Shown here piece after piece: positions 27,327 to 37,024 of a DNA stretch of 64,000 nt. The stretch spans positions 17,109 through 81,108 of the forward strand of contig JAZLFJ010000053.1 in assembly GCA_045615665.1 (NCBI GenBank). Direction: 5' to 3'. Made by a program: the position numbers and the translations under genes. Every line of letters starts with the position of its first letter. The stretch's first letter is position 1. Source of the stretch: Bacilli bacterium (lineage in GTDB: Bacteria > Bacillota_I > Bacilli_A > RFN20 > CAG-826). The notes under the pieces are model-generated. The model did not search any database and was not told the DNA's origin. It worked only from the letters and a program-made list of their open reading frames with translations.

Positions 27327-28769
27327 ATGTTTGATGTTGTAGTTATCGGGGCTGGATGTGTTGGCTCGCTTATAGCGAGAAAACTTTCCAGCTACCAACT
27401 CAACGTCGCTGTTATTGAAAAAGAGAGCGATGTTGGAAATATAGTTACGATGGCTAATTCTGCTATCGTTCATAGCGGCTATGATCCTGTTCCAGGTTCA
27501 CTTAAAGCAAAGCTTAATGTTTTAGGCAACGCCATGTTTGAGAAAATCAGTGATGAACTCGATGTTGAATTTGAACGTCGTGGTTCACTTACTGTTGCTT
27601 TATATGATGAGCAACTTCCTTTACTTGAAGAGCTCGCTAAAAGAAGCAAAGAAAATGGTGTGCCAGTCAAGATATTAACTTCTAAGGAAGTTCTTGAGAT
27701 GGAACCTAATATTAATAAAGATGTCAAAGCAGCTTTATTTGCGCCAACAGCAGGCTTAGTTAATCCGTTTACGTTAAGCGTCCACGCGATGGAAAATGCT
27801 TGTGATAACGGCGTGAAACTTTTCTTAAATGAAAAAGTGGTGGACATTAAAAAGGAAGGCGATATCTACAAAGTCATCTGTGCTTCCAAAAATGTTTATG
27901 AAACTAAAGTCATTATCAATGCCGCTGGCATCTATAGTGAAGAAATTCACAAGATGATTGAGCCAATTTCTTACACATTGACTCCTCGCAAAGGTGAATA
28001 TTTTATTTTAGATCACTATAGTGATTCTTTAGTTAAACACACTATTTTCCCGCTCCCAACCAGCAAAGGAAAAGGCATTTTAGTCTCTCCAACCACTGGT
28101 GGAACTTATTTAGTTGGTCCATCCGCAGAAGTAACATTCTCTAAAGATGATGTTTCAACCGATAAAGCTACCTTGGATGATGTTCGTCTACAAGCAAGTG
28201 AATTGGTGCCATCCATTCCATTTAACCAAGTCATTCGAACTTTCTCAGGAACTAGGCCAACTCCATCCACTCACGATTTCATTATTGAATTCGCTAAAAA
28301 GGATAATCATTTCATCACCTGTTCAGGTATTGAATCTCCTGGTTTAGCTTCTTCTCCTGCCATCGCAGAATATGTCGTGAATGAATTTGTTAGCAAAGTT
28401 CTTTCTTTAAAAAAGAAAGATAACTATAATCCGTACGTCAGAAAAAGAGTTAACCTCGCCAAGATGAGCGTTGAAGAAAGAAATAAACTCATCAAGGAAC
28501 ATCCTGAATATGGAGAAATTATTTGTAACTGTGAAAAGGTCACACTAGGCGAGATTCTCGATGAATTTAAATCGAGCGTTCCCCCAATGACTATCAAAGC
28601 TGTTAGAAAACGTACCAGAGCAGGCTTTGGTAAATGTCAAGGCGGATTCTGTCAACCTCTCGTCACCAAACTTATTGCGGAGCATTTCAATCTTCCTCTC
28701 AATAAAGTTTTGTATCAATTTGAAGACTCCTATGTCGTTCGTTACAAAGTAAAGGATGAAGAAAGATGA
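27327..28769 (+). CDS. FAD-dependent glycerol-3-phosphate dehydrogenase/oxidase-family protein with a C-terminal BFD-like [2Fe-2S] domain
   Basis: VVVIGAGCVGS dinucleotide-binding motif; C-terminal CNCEKV...CQGGFC. Confidence 0.75.
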   Translation: MFDVVVIGAGCVGSLIARKLSSYQLNVAVIEKESDVGNIVTMANSAIVHSGYDPVPGSLKAKLNVLGNAMFEKISDELDVEFERRGSLTVALYDEQLPLLEELAKRSKENGVPVKILTSKEVLEMEPNINKDVKAALFAPTAGLVNPFTLSVHAMENACDNGVKLFLNEKVVDIKKEGDIYKVICASKNVYETKVIINAAGIYSEEIHKMIEPISYTLTPRKGEYFILDHYSDSLVKHTIFPLPTSKGKGILVSPTTGGTYLVGPSAEVTFSKDDVSTDKATLDDVRLQASELVPSIPFNQVIRTFSGTRPTPSTHDFIIEFAKKDNHFITCSGIESPGLASSPAIAEYVVNEFVSKVLSLKKKDNYNPYVRKRVNLAKMSVEERNKLIKEHPEYGEIICNCEKVTLGEILDEFKSSVPPMTIKAVRKRTRAGFGKCQGGFCQPLVTKLIAEHFNLPLNKVLYQFEDSYVVRYKVKDEER

Positions 28770-30022
28770 TTAAGAAACGTTTAGTTATCATCGGTGGTGG
28801 ATCCGCTGGTATGGCCGCTGCTATAAAAGCCTATGAATTAGGTGAAAAAGATATTTTAATCATCGAAAAGAATGCCTATTTAGGTGGAATCTTAAATCAA
28901 TGCATTCATAACGGATTTGGTCTACATGAATTCGAAGAAGAATTAACTGGACCAGAATTCATGACTCGCTTTTCTAAAAAAGTTGAGGAACTCGGTATTC
29001 CTTATCGTCTTAATAGCAATGTTTTAAATATTTCTAACGACAAAGTCGTTACATATTCAAATTCTCAAGAAGGAATCGTTGAAGTTAAAGCTGATGCGAT
29101 CATCCTTTCGACCGGTTGCTATGAAAGGAATGCTGGCGCAATTCAAATTCCTGGCGATCGTCCTAGTGGTGTTTATACTGCTGGTCAAGCTCAATTATTT
29201 GTTAATTGCTATGGCTATTTAGTTGGTAAACGTGTCTTCATTCTTGGTAGTGGAGATATTGGCCTAATTATGGCTAGAAGAATGACTCTTGAAGGCGCTA
29301 AAGTTTTAGGGGTCGCTGAACTTATGCCATATTCAGCTGGATTAAATCGTAACATCGTTCAATGTCTAAAAGATTTTAATATTCCTTTATATCTTTCTCA
29401 CACCGTTAAGAAAGTGGAAGGTTTATCTCACCTTGAAAAGGTGACTATCGCTAAAGTTGATGAAAAGATGAACTTCATCGAAGGCACAGATATCACCTTT
29501 GATGTCGATACGCTTCTTTTATCAGTTGGTTTACTTCCAAACGTCGACTTATTTAATAAACTCCCAATTCGCATTTCGCGTACCCGCGGAGCGATGGTTA
29601 ATCAAGCGATGGAAAGCGATATTAGAGGAATATTTGCCTGTGGCAATGTTCTTCACGTCCACGATTTAGTCGATTATGTCGTTGAAGAAGCCCGCGAAGC
29701 TGCTGTTGGAGCGGTTCAATATCTTAATGGAGAACTTAAACACGAAGGTCACGTCTATGAAATTAATCCTGGAAATGGAATAGGCTATGTCGTTCCTCAA
29801 ATCGTTTATATCGACGACGTTAAAGATAAACTCTCCTTCAAATTTAGAGTTAGAAAGCCTTATAAAGACGTTGATATTTATATCAAAGAAGGCGACAAGG
29901 TTATTAAAAAGATCTTTAAACCTGCGATTATTCCATCTGAGATGGAAATTGTTAAATTAGATAAATCGTTATTCTTAAAAGAAGCTAATGAAATATCAGT
30001 CTATGTGGAGGAAAGAAAATAA
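28766..30022 (+). CDS. FAD/NAD(P)-dependent pyridine nucleotide-disulfide oxidoreductase
   Basis: two Rossmann motifs, IIGGGSAGMAAA and ILGSGDIGL; overlaps both neighbouring genes. Confidence 0.75.
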   Translation: MIKKRLVIIGGGSAGMAAAIKAYELGEKDILIIEKNAYLGGILNQCIHNGFGLHEFEEELTGPEFMTRFSKKVEELGIPYRLNSNVLNISNDKVVTYSNSQEGIVEVKADAIILSTGCYERNAGAIQIPGDRPSGVYTAGQAQLFVNCYGYLVGKRVFILGSGDIGLIMARRMTLEGAKVLGVAELMPYSAGLNRNIVQCLKDFNIPLYLSHTVKKVEGLSHLEKVTIAKVDEKMNFIEGTDITFDVDTLLLSVGLLPNVDLFNKLPIRISRTRGAMVNQAMESDIRGIFACGNVLHVHDLVDYVVEEAREAAVGAVQYLNGELKHEGHVYEINPGNGIGYVVPQIVYIDDVKDKLSFKFRVRKPYKDVDIYIKEGDKVIKKIFKPAIIPSEMEIVKLDKSLFLKEANEISVYVEERK

Positions 30023-30366
30023 TGAAAGAATTAACTTGTATCATTTGTCCACGTGGATGCCATCTTGTCGTGGATGACGAACTTAATGTTAGTGGTAACA
30101 GCTGTCCTCGTGGTGCGGTGTACGCTAAACAAGAGCTAACTCACCCGACTAGAACACTAACTACCACAGTTAGAATTGTTTCGAAAAAGGAAGTGTCTTT
30201 ACCAGTTAAATCTGATAAGCCTCTTCCAAAAGAAAAAATCTTTGATGCGATGGCTCTTATCAACAAGACATCCGTTAAAGCTCCTATCGAGATAGGAGAT
30301 GTTGTTATAAAAAATATCTTTGGTTTAGATGTTAACATCGTCGCGACCAAGGATGTATCAAGGTAA
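30022..30366 (+). CDS. DUF1667 domain protein
   Basis: CPRGC...CPRG motifs; a known third member of the GlpA-like/oxidoreductase/DUF1667 gene trio. Confidence 0.7.
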   Translation: MKELTCIICPRGCHLVVDDELNVSGNSCPRGAVYAKQELTHPTRTLTTTVRIVSKKEVSLPVKSDKPLPKEKIFDAMALINKTSVKAPIEIGDVVIKNIFGLDVNIVATKDVSR

Positions 30367-30370
30367 AAAT

Positions 30371-32047
30371 ATGGACAAAATTAGAACCGTGTGTCTAGGT
30401 GGACTAGACGAATTTTACAAATCATGCACAGTCGTTGAAATCAATAACGATATTTTCGTCATTGAATGTGGTTTAAAATTCCCCGATATCACTAAGCCAG
30501 GAATCGATTATGTTATTCCTCGCACCGATTATTTAGTGGAGAACAAAGATAGGATAAAAGCTTACTTTTTAACCTTTGGACACGATTCGGTAATAGGTGG
30601 GCTTCCTTATGTAATTAAAAAGGCTCCCGCTCCAGTATATTGTTCAGACATTACCAAAGCCTTTTTAGAGATGTTTGCAAGGAACAACCGCTTAGATATA
30701 TCTAATATAGATATAAAAGTGGTTGATACTAACGATGACTTAAATATTGCAGGCCATAACATTCATCTATTCTCAACCTGTTCAAATATTGCGAATAGTT
30801 TTGGACTATGTTTTGAAAGTGACCAAGGAAATATCGTCTATATTGGTAATAACGTCTTTGACAATAATAAAGATGTCGGCTTTGGTCTAAATTTAAGAAG
30901 GATCGCTGAAATAACTGCTAAACAAAAAACTTTAGTAATGCTACAAGATTCAATCTATGCTGATCGAGCAGGTTACACCAACCCTAATTACCGCATCATG
31001 CCAGGCTTTTCAAAGATGGTAAAAGATGCGCAGGGCCGAGTCCTATTAGCTTTAGAAGCCTTCGATGTTTATAACATTATCGCTTCGCTAAAAGAGGCGG
31101 TTAGATTAGGCCGCAAAATCATCGTCTTCAATGAGTCGAGCCAAGATATCATTGATGTCTTAATAAACACCAAGTGTTTAGACTTAGGTCCCAAAGCATT
31201 TTTAGGAATGGATGAAGTCAACCGCGCTAGAGCGAGTGAAGTACTAATTGTTTTGATTAGTTTTGGTCCAAAATTATTCCATAAACTTTCTCTTATTGCT
31301 GCTCATTTAAATGATGATCAAATCTTTAGACTTGGTGTAGATGATACAGTCATCATCGGCTCACACGCTGAAAACTCAGCTGAAATTGCTGAGACCAATG
31401 CCTTGAATGAACTTTATAAAGCCGGGGCTAAGATTCACGCAATAAGCGCTAAGACATTTATCAAAATGCATTCCAGTGAAGAAGATCTTAAGACAGCTAT
31501 CTCGATCTTCAATCCTCGCTATTACATTCCAATAATCGGAACATTAGTTAAATTATTTGCTAATGCAAAAGTCGCTTTAAGTATGAAAAATAATCTAAAT
31601 CATAATAGCGTCTTTGTCTTAGATAACGGCATGGTTGTTGAATTTGAAAATTATATGGCTAAGATTCTTCCAAATAAACTTATTGTTGGTAACGTCTACG
31701 TCGATGGTAAAGGAGTAGGGGATATCGATGCTAAATCGCTAATTGAAAGACAACAATTTTCTGATGATGGCGTCATCATTTTAGCGGCGACCATCTCTAA
31801 AGCAAAGCGCGAAATCGTCTTAGGACCAGATATTCAAACTAGAGGTCTAATATTTGTTAAAGAAAACGACGCTTTAATTAGAGAAATCGAGAAGATTTTT
31901 CTTCTTAATATTCGTCAAGAACTATCCAAAACAAATTATTCGCTTTCCTATATGGAACTTGCGATTAAAGAACAAGTTTTTAAAGCGATAAGAAGAGCAA
32001 TTCTAAAATCACCATCCATCATTCCAATTATTGTCGAAATTGATTAA
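30371..32047 (+). CDS. rnj: RNase J-family (beta-CASP metallo-beta-lactamase) protein with degenerate catalytic motifs
   Basis: colinear with B. subtilis RNase J1 across its whole length, including the C-terminal ...LPIIVEID; HGHEDH is replaced by FGHDSV and other ligand positions are substituted. Confidence 0.75.
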   Translation: MDKIRTVCLGGLDEFYKSCTVVEINNDIFVIECGLKFPDITKPGIDYVIPRTDYLVENKDRIKAYFLTFGHDSVIGGLPYVIKKAPAPVYCSDITKAFLEMFARNNRLDISNIDIKVVDTNDDLNIAGHNIHLFSTCSNIANSFGLCFESDQGNIVYIGNNVFDNNKDVGFGLNLRRIAEITAKQKTLVMLQDSIYADRAGYTNPNYRIMPGFSKMVKDAQGRVLLALEAFDVYNIIASLKEAVRLGRKIIVFNESSQDIIDVLINTKCLDLGPKAFLGMDEVNRARASEVLIVLISFGPKLFHKLSLIAAHLNDDQIFRLGVDDTVIIGSHAENSAEIAETNALNELYKAGAKIHAISAKTFIKMHSSEEDLKTAISIFNPRYYIPIIGTLVKLFANAKVALSMKNNLNHNSVFVLDNGMVVEFENYMAKILPNKLIVGNVYVDGKGVGDIDAKSLIERQQFSDDGVIILAATISKAKREIVLGPDIQTRGLIFVKENDALIREIEKIFLLNIRQELSKTNYSLSYMELAIKEQVFKAIRRAILKSPSIIPIIVEID

Positions 32048-32078
32048 TAAGCGATTAATCGCTTAAAATGAGATTTAT

Positions 32079-32115
32079 TATTTAATTAATTAAAAATACG
32101 TGTATAATTAAAGTT
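32079..32115 (+). promoter_or_regulatory. extended -10 promoter (TGTATAAT) 7 nt upstream of the ftsK ATG; leaderless start candidate
   Basis: TGTATAAT at 32101-32108; no SD sequence. Confidence 0.4.
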
Positions 32116-34638
32116 ATGAAAAAGTATATCGAAAGATCAACGATTATCTCATTAGCAGGCATCGGCCTATCACTTCTTTCGCTCGTCTTTATTTTTTCGC
32201 AACATACCGTATTTTCCTTTTTAACCACAATCATTGTTAGACCATTCGGATTCATCGGATTCTGGATCATTCTTCCTTTCCTTTTCATCCTCGGTCTATA
32301 CATGCTTTTAAAACAAAAATTAGTTAAATTTAAACTCGGTTTATCCCTTTGGGGTGTTTTAATTATCATCTTTTCACTTTTAATTCTTACTTCCTCTTGG
32401 GCTGAACAAACTTTAGTCCCTGGTGGAGAACTCAACTTCGGGAACATGTCTCCAACATATGTTGAAGCTTTAGTCGAACTTGATGATAATCCATATAACA
32501 CCGCCTATGGTGGTGGCTTAGTCGGTTATTTTTTAGCTGCTATTTTATATTCAGCAATCACTAAAATCGGTGCTCAAATCGTTTGTTGGCTTCTTATTGT
32601 CACTGGCTTATGTTTGATTTTTAATCATCAAATTAAGAAACTTTATCACTTGATAAAAGGAAAGAAAAGCAATGCAAAACGTCAACAAGTTAGTCTCGAA
32701 CAAGAAGAAGATGTCTATTCAACTTCGATGGAAGAGATGAAAGAAGATGACGTAAATAAAAACATCGTTCCACAAGAAGTCGCTCCTCAACTTATCAAAG
32801 AAAATCCAAACGATTTAGCGATGCGAAATTTCAACAACACTCATTCACTTAAAAAAGTTCAATTTTCTTTTGGTGAAGAGGTCGAGGATGACTTTATTGA
32901 ATCGCCACAATTCTCTTCATCTGATTCATTTGGCTCACCTTCATTCACTGAAAGTGAAAATTTGCTTGGAGAAGATTTAGTTAACGAAAGTGATATCGAA
33001 GACAATGTTCCTGAAAATGTTGACGAACTTCTTTCTAATAATGACGTTAATAATGAAGAAGTCGCTCCTCAAGAAGATGCACCTATTGAAGTTGATAAAT
33101 TACATAAACCTCAGCCAAAGGCTAACCCAATCAAAAACTATGTTTATCCACCTTTAGATCTCCTCGATTATCACGAAGATAGTGAAGATGCTGATAAAAA
33201 TACATTAGCTACTCAAACCACAATTGAAAAAATTAATTTAACTTATCAACAACTCGGTGTTGGCGCTCAAGTTGTCGGTTATACCGTTGGTCCTAGCGTT
33301 ACACGCTACGACGTCCAACCTAACAGTAATGTTTCGGTTAACTATGTCCAAAGATATACCGACGATATTTCTATGCGTTTAAACGGCGTTCCAATGCGTT
33401 TTGAAAAGATCGTTGCTGGTAAATCCACTTGTGGTCTAGAAATTCCAAATACAGTTCGTACCCCTGTCGGCTTAAGAGAATCGATTGAAAAACTTCCGCC
33501 AATCTCTCCTAAAACACTTCGTGTTATTCCTTTTGGCAAAAACATTTCTGGTGACTTATTAAGCGCGGATTTATCGGATTTCCCACATATGCTCGTCTCT
33601 GGAACAACTGGCTCAGGTAAAACAATTTTCATCCATTCAGTCATTCTCTCATTAATAATGAGAAATAAACCAGATGAAATTAAGATTGTTTTAATTGACC
33701 CTAAGAAAGTTGAAATGGCTTATTATGAGCAAATTCCTCATCTACTATGTCCAAACATATCGGATGCTAAGAAGTCCTATGTTGCAATGACTAAATTAGT
33801 GGATGAAATGGAAAGAAGATACAATTTATTCGCTACTAATAGAGTTAGAGATATCAAAGGATTTAATGAATTTGCTAAAACTAAAGGCATTCAAACTCTT
33901 CCATATATCGTCGTATTTATCGATGAATATGCCGATTTAGTCGAAGAAGTTAAAGATATTAAAACCCCAGTTGTTAGAATCGCCCAAAAAGCTCGTGCGG
34001 CCGGTATTCATCTTGTCATCGCTACCCAGCGTCCTAGTGTCAATGTTATCGACGGTGTTATTAAAGCCAACGTTTCAGTGCGTGTCGCTTTGATGGTTGC
34101 TTCGCAAGTCGACTCCATTTCCGTCATTGGTGAAGCCGGAGCAGAAAAACTTCTTGGTTATGGCGATATAATCGTTGATTGCTCTTTAATTTCACGTTCC
34201 ATGAAACCACGTGTTCAAGGTTGTTTTGTCGACGTTAATGAAATCGTCCGTGTTTGTGATTTCTTAAGAAATCATTATCCAGAACAATATGATCCAGAAT
34301 TCCTTGATTTAGAAGAACATAATGAACCTGCTAGTGGTGAAGACGCTCCTCTTCCTCAAATTGACAAAGATATGGAAGAAGAAAAACTTTACGAGCTCAT
34401 TAAAGAAAGCATTGTCGAAAGAGATTATTGCTCTATTTCCTATATTCAACGTACCTATGGCGTTGGTTTCCCAAAAGCCGGAAGACTTATGAATAAACTC
34501 ATCAACGATGGTTATGTTGCTCGTAGCGGTGATGCTAGAGGTTCAAAAGTTTTAATGAAAGCTCCTAAAGAACAACAGATGGGGACTATCGAACAATCGA
34601 CATTTGTTCCTGATGAAGGAGATAATTCAGAACAATAA
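32116..34638 (+). CDS. ftsK: DNA translocase FtsK/SpoIIIE
   Basis: N-terminal TM helices, a low-complexity linker, ATPase GTTGSGKT and a gamma winged-helix domain. Confidence 0.9.
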   Translation: MKKYIERSTIISLAGIGLSLLSLVFIFSQHTVFSFLTTIIVRPFGFIGFWIILPFLFILGLYMLLKQKLVKFKLGLSLWGVLIIIFSLLILTSSWAEQTLVPGGELNFGNMSPTYVEALVELDDNPYNTAYGGGLVGYFLAAILYSAITKIGAQIVCWLLIVTGLCLIFNHQIKKLYHLIKGKKSNAKRQQVSLEQEEDVYSTSMEEMKEDDVNKNIVPQEVAPQLIKENPNDLAMRNFNNTHSLKKVQFSFGEEVEDDFIESPQFSSSDSFGSPSFTESENLLGEDLVNESDIEDNVPENVDELLSNNDVNNEEVAPQEDAPIEVDKLHKPQPKANPIKNYVYPPLDLLDYHEDSEDADKNTLATQTTIEKINLTYQQLGVGAQVVGYTVGPSVTRYDVQPNSNVSVNYVQRYTDDISMRLNGVPMRFEKIVAGKSTCGLEIPNTVRTPVGLRESIEKLPPISPKTLRVIPFGKNISGDLLSADLSDFPHMLVSGTTGSGKTIFIHSVILSLIMRNKPDEIKIVLIDPKKVEMAYYEQIPHLLCPNISDAKKSYVAMTKLVDEMERRYNLFATNRVRDIKGFNEFAKTKGIQTLPYIVVFIDEYADLVEEVKDIKTPVVRIAQKARAAGIHLVIATQRPSVNVIDGVIKANVSVRVALMVASQVDSISVIGEAGAEKLLGYGDIIVDCSLISRSMKPRVQGCFVDVNEIVRVCDFLRNHYPEQYDPEFLDLEEHNEPASGEDAPLPQIDKDMEEEKLYELIKESIVERDYCSISYIQRTYGVGFPKAGRLMNKLINDGYVARSGDARGSKVLMKAPKEQQMGTIEQSTFVPDEGDNSEQ

Positions 34639-34639
34639 T

Positions 34640-36715
34640 ATGTCAATTTTAAAGGCAAAAATGATTTCCTGGAACGAGATCGAAGTGACCGCTTCGTCTT
34701 TTTCTATTCCGCCTAAATTCGACTTATTTTTAGATAACGAAGTTATTTTATATAACTTAATCATGGAGAAAGCTCCTAAATATATTTATCGTTTTAGTTA
34801 TTCTAAAGAAGTTTTAGGACATCGTTTCTATTTAAAAAATAAAGATCAAGAAGTTATAGTTGATGTTTTAGGGGCGATCAATTTCCCTAATTTTGATTTT
34901 CATTACACTTATTTAGATAGCGATTTAGGCACTACTTACGAAAAAGATTACACCAAATTTGTTTTATGGGCTCCTTTAGCAAGTGCAGTCTATCTTCGTA
35001 TTAAAGGCGAAGAAGTTGCTTTAAAAAGAGAAGAACACGGTATTTACCGTGGAGTATATTATGGCGATTTAGATGGTGAACTTTACGATTATAAAATTAT
35101 TCTTAACGATAAAGAAGTTATCGCGACTGATCCATACGCCAAATCAACGAATACAAATTCGAAGAAAAGTGCTGTTATTAATCTAAATAAACTTGAAATG
35201 GATATGTTTGATGAGCGTCTTCCGAAGATGCAATCTTATTTGGACGCAATCATTTATGAACTCCATGTCCGCGATATGACAATATCAGATCATTGCTCAA
35301 TTATAAATAAAGGCAAGTTTTTGGGCCTTATTGAGCGAGGAACAACTTCAGATGGAGGAAATCCCGCTGGAATTGATTACATCGCTTCATTAGGTGTAAC
35401 TCATATTCAATTATTACCAGTTTTAGATTTCGCTTCAGTCGATGACACTAAAAGTGAACAATATAACTGGGGCTATGACCCACTCAATTTCTTCGCCCTT
35501 GAAGGAAGTTATTCTTCTAACCCAGAAGATCCATATTCAAGAATGAAGGAATTTAAAAAAGTAGTGCAAAACTGCCACCGAATGGGAATAAGAGTAAATT
35601 TAGATGTAGTTTATAACCATGTTTATCAACTAGATTTATTTTCACTTAACCGCATAACGCCTAATTATTTCTTTAGATTCGAAGGTGGAAAGCTCGCTAA
35701 TCATTCCGGATGCGGCAATGATTTTGCTAGCGAACGCCCGATGGCAAGAAGAATTATTTTAGATTCTCTAAAATTCTTATTAAAAACCTATGATGTTGAT
35801 GGCTTTAGATTCGACCTAATGGGTTTAATCGATTTACAGACGATTCAAATTGCCACTAAAGAGCTTCAAGAAATAAAGGGAGATTTTATGATATATGGGG
35901 AAGGTTGGAACATGTATCCAGTATCAAGATTCACTAAAGAATTTGCCAATATGGATAATTATAAGAAGCTTCCAAATGTTGCATTCTTTAACGATCGTTA
36001 CCGTAATATCATGAAAGGTTTAGGCGATAAATCCGAACTCAATGAATCAGGATTTTTAATGGGAAATCCTAATTTTATGTCGGGATTTAAATTTATTTAC
36101 CGCGCAGGAACTTTGGAAGGAATTTATCCACCTTTATTTAGTGCCTATAAGCAATCTCTCAACTACGTTGAGTGCCACGATAATTCGACGATTGGAGATG
36201 TTATCTTAGATACTTTAGAAAATGAAGATGATTTAGATAGATACATTAAATTATTTAACAAAGTCCTCCTTCTTTCTCCTGGGATAACCTTTATTCATAT
36301 GGGCCAAGAATTCGGTCAATCTAAATTTGGTCAATCAAATACTTATAATCTCGGTGATTACTATAACGCTTTTGATTATGAAGTTATGGATCAAAGAGCA
36401 GCATTAGTCGATTCATTTAGAAATTATGTTAAAATCCGTAAATCAATCCCTTTATTTAAAGAAACTAATACTGAAATAATTAATAATTGCATTAGTTTTG
36501 AAAACAATGATGAAGTGATTGATATCACCCTTAATTATAGTGGTGTTTATCACATAGTGATAAATATAGGTGACGAACCTTGTAAATTTAATGAAGATAA
36601 ATATGCGAAATATAATTTGTTTGGACCTTATAAAATTCGCGGTGAAAACGAACAAATTATTCTTAAAGAGCTCGGTTTAAGCGCGCATAAATGTTCAATA
36701 TTTAAAGAAATCTAA
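34640..36715 (+). CDS. pulA: type I pullulanase / glycogen debranching enzyme (GH13)
   Basis: GH13 motifs YNHV, DGFRFDLMG and GEGW. Confidence 0.85.
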   Translation: MSILKAKMISWNEIEVTASSFSIPPKFDLFLDNEVILYNLIMEKAPKYIYRFSYSKEVLGHRFYLKNKDQEVIVDVLGAINFPNFDFHYTYLDSDLGTTYEKDYTKFVLWAPLASAVYLRIKGEEVALKREEHGIYRGVYYGDLDGELYDYKIILNDKEVIATDPYAKSTNTNSKKSAVINLNKLEMDMFDERLPKMQSYLDAIIYELHVRDMTISDHCSIINKGKFLGLIERGTTSDGGNPAGIDYIASLGVTHIQLLPVLDFASVDDTKSEQYNWGYDPLNFFALEGSYSSNPEDPYSRMKEFKKVVQNCHRMGIRVNLDVVYNHVYQLDLFSLNRITPNYFFRFEGGKLANHSGCGNDFASERPMARRIILDSLKFLLKTYDVDGFRFDLMGLIDLQTIQIATKELQEIKGDFMIYGEGWNMYPVSRFTKEFANMDNYKKLPNVAFFNDRYRNIMKGLGDKSELNESGFLMGNPNFMSGFKFIYRAGTLEGIYPPLFSAYKQSLNYVECHDNSTIGDVILDTLENEDDLDRYIKLFNKVLLLSPGITFIHMGQEFGQSKFGQSNTYNLGDYYNAFDYEVMDQRAALVDSFRNYVKIRKSIPLFKETNTEIINNCISFENNDEVIDITLNYSGVYHIVINIGDEPCKFNEDKYAKYNLFGPYKIRGENEQIILKELGLSAHKCSIFKEI

Positions 36716-36762
36716 CCCCCTTAGCAAACTACGGATGTCAGTTTGAGAAAGGAGGCTTAGTA

Positions 36763-37017
36763 ATGAATTTTGTCTCACTTATCGGTCGCATTCGTGGATA
36801 TGTTAACGAAACGACAAGACTAATCGAAGTCGCAAGACCAGAAATGGGCGATGATATTGAAAATTTGCTCATTCCTTGTAAATATTGGACAAAAGACGCC
36901 CATTGTTTACTTACCAAAATAAAAGAAGGCACAATGCTCATTATTCGTGGTAGAATAGACAAGGACGACAAAGTCGGTATATTTATTATTGTCGAGCAAA
37001 TTACAGTTGTTAAATAA
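36763..37017 (+). CDS. short SSB-like OB-fold protein lacking a C-terminal tail
   Basis: GAAAGGAGG RBS; MNFVSLIGRI...CKYWTKDAH...GTMLIIRGRI aligns with the SSB N-terminal OB fold (MNRVVLVGRL...CVTWRRQAEN...GSLAGVDGRL). Confidence 0.55.
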   Translation: MNFVSLIGRIRGYVNETTRLIEVARPEMGDDIENLLIPCKYWTKDAHCLLTKIKEGTMLIIRGRIDKDDKVGIFIIVEQITVVK

Positions 37018-37024
37018 TTAAAAT

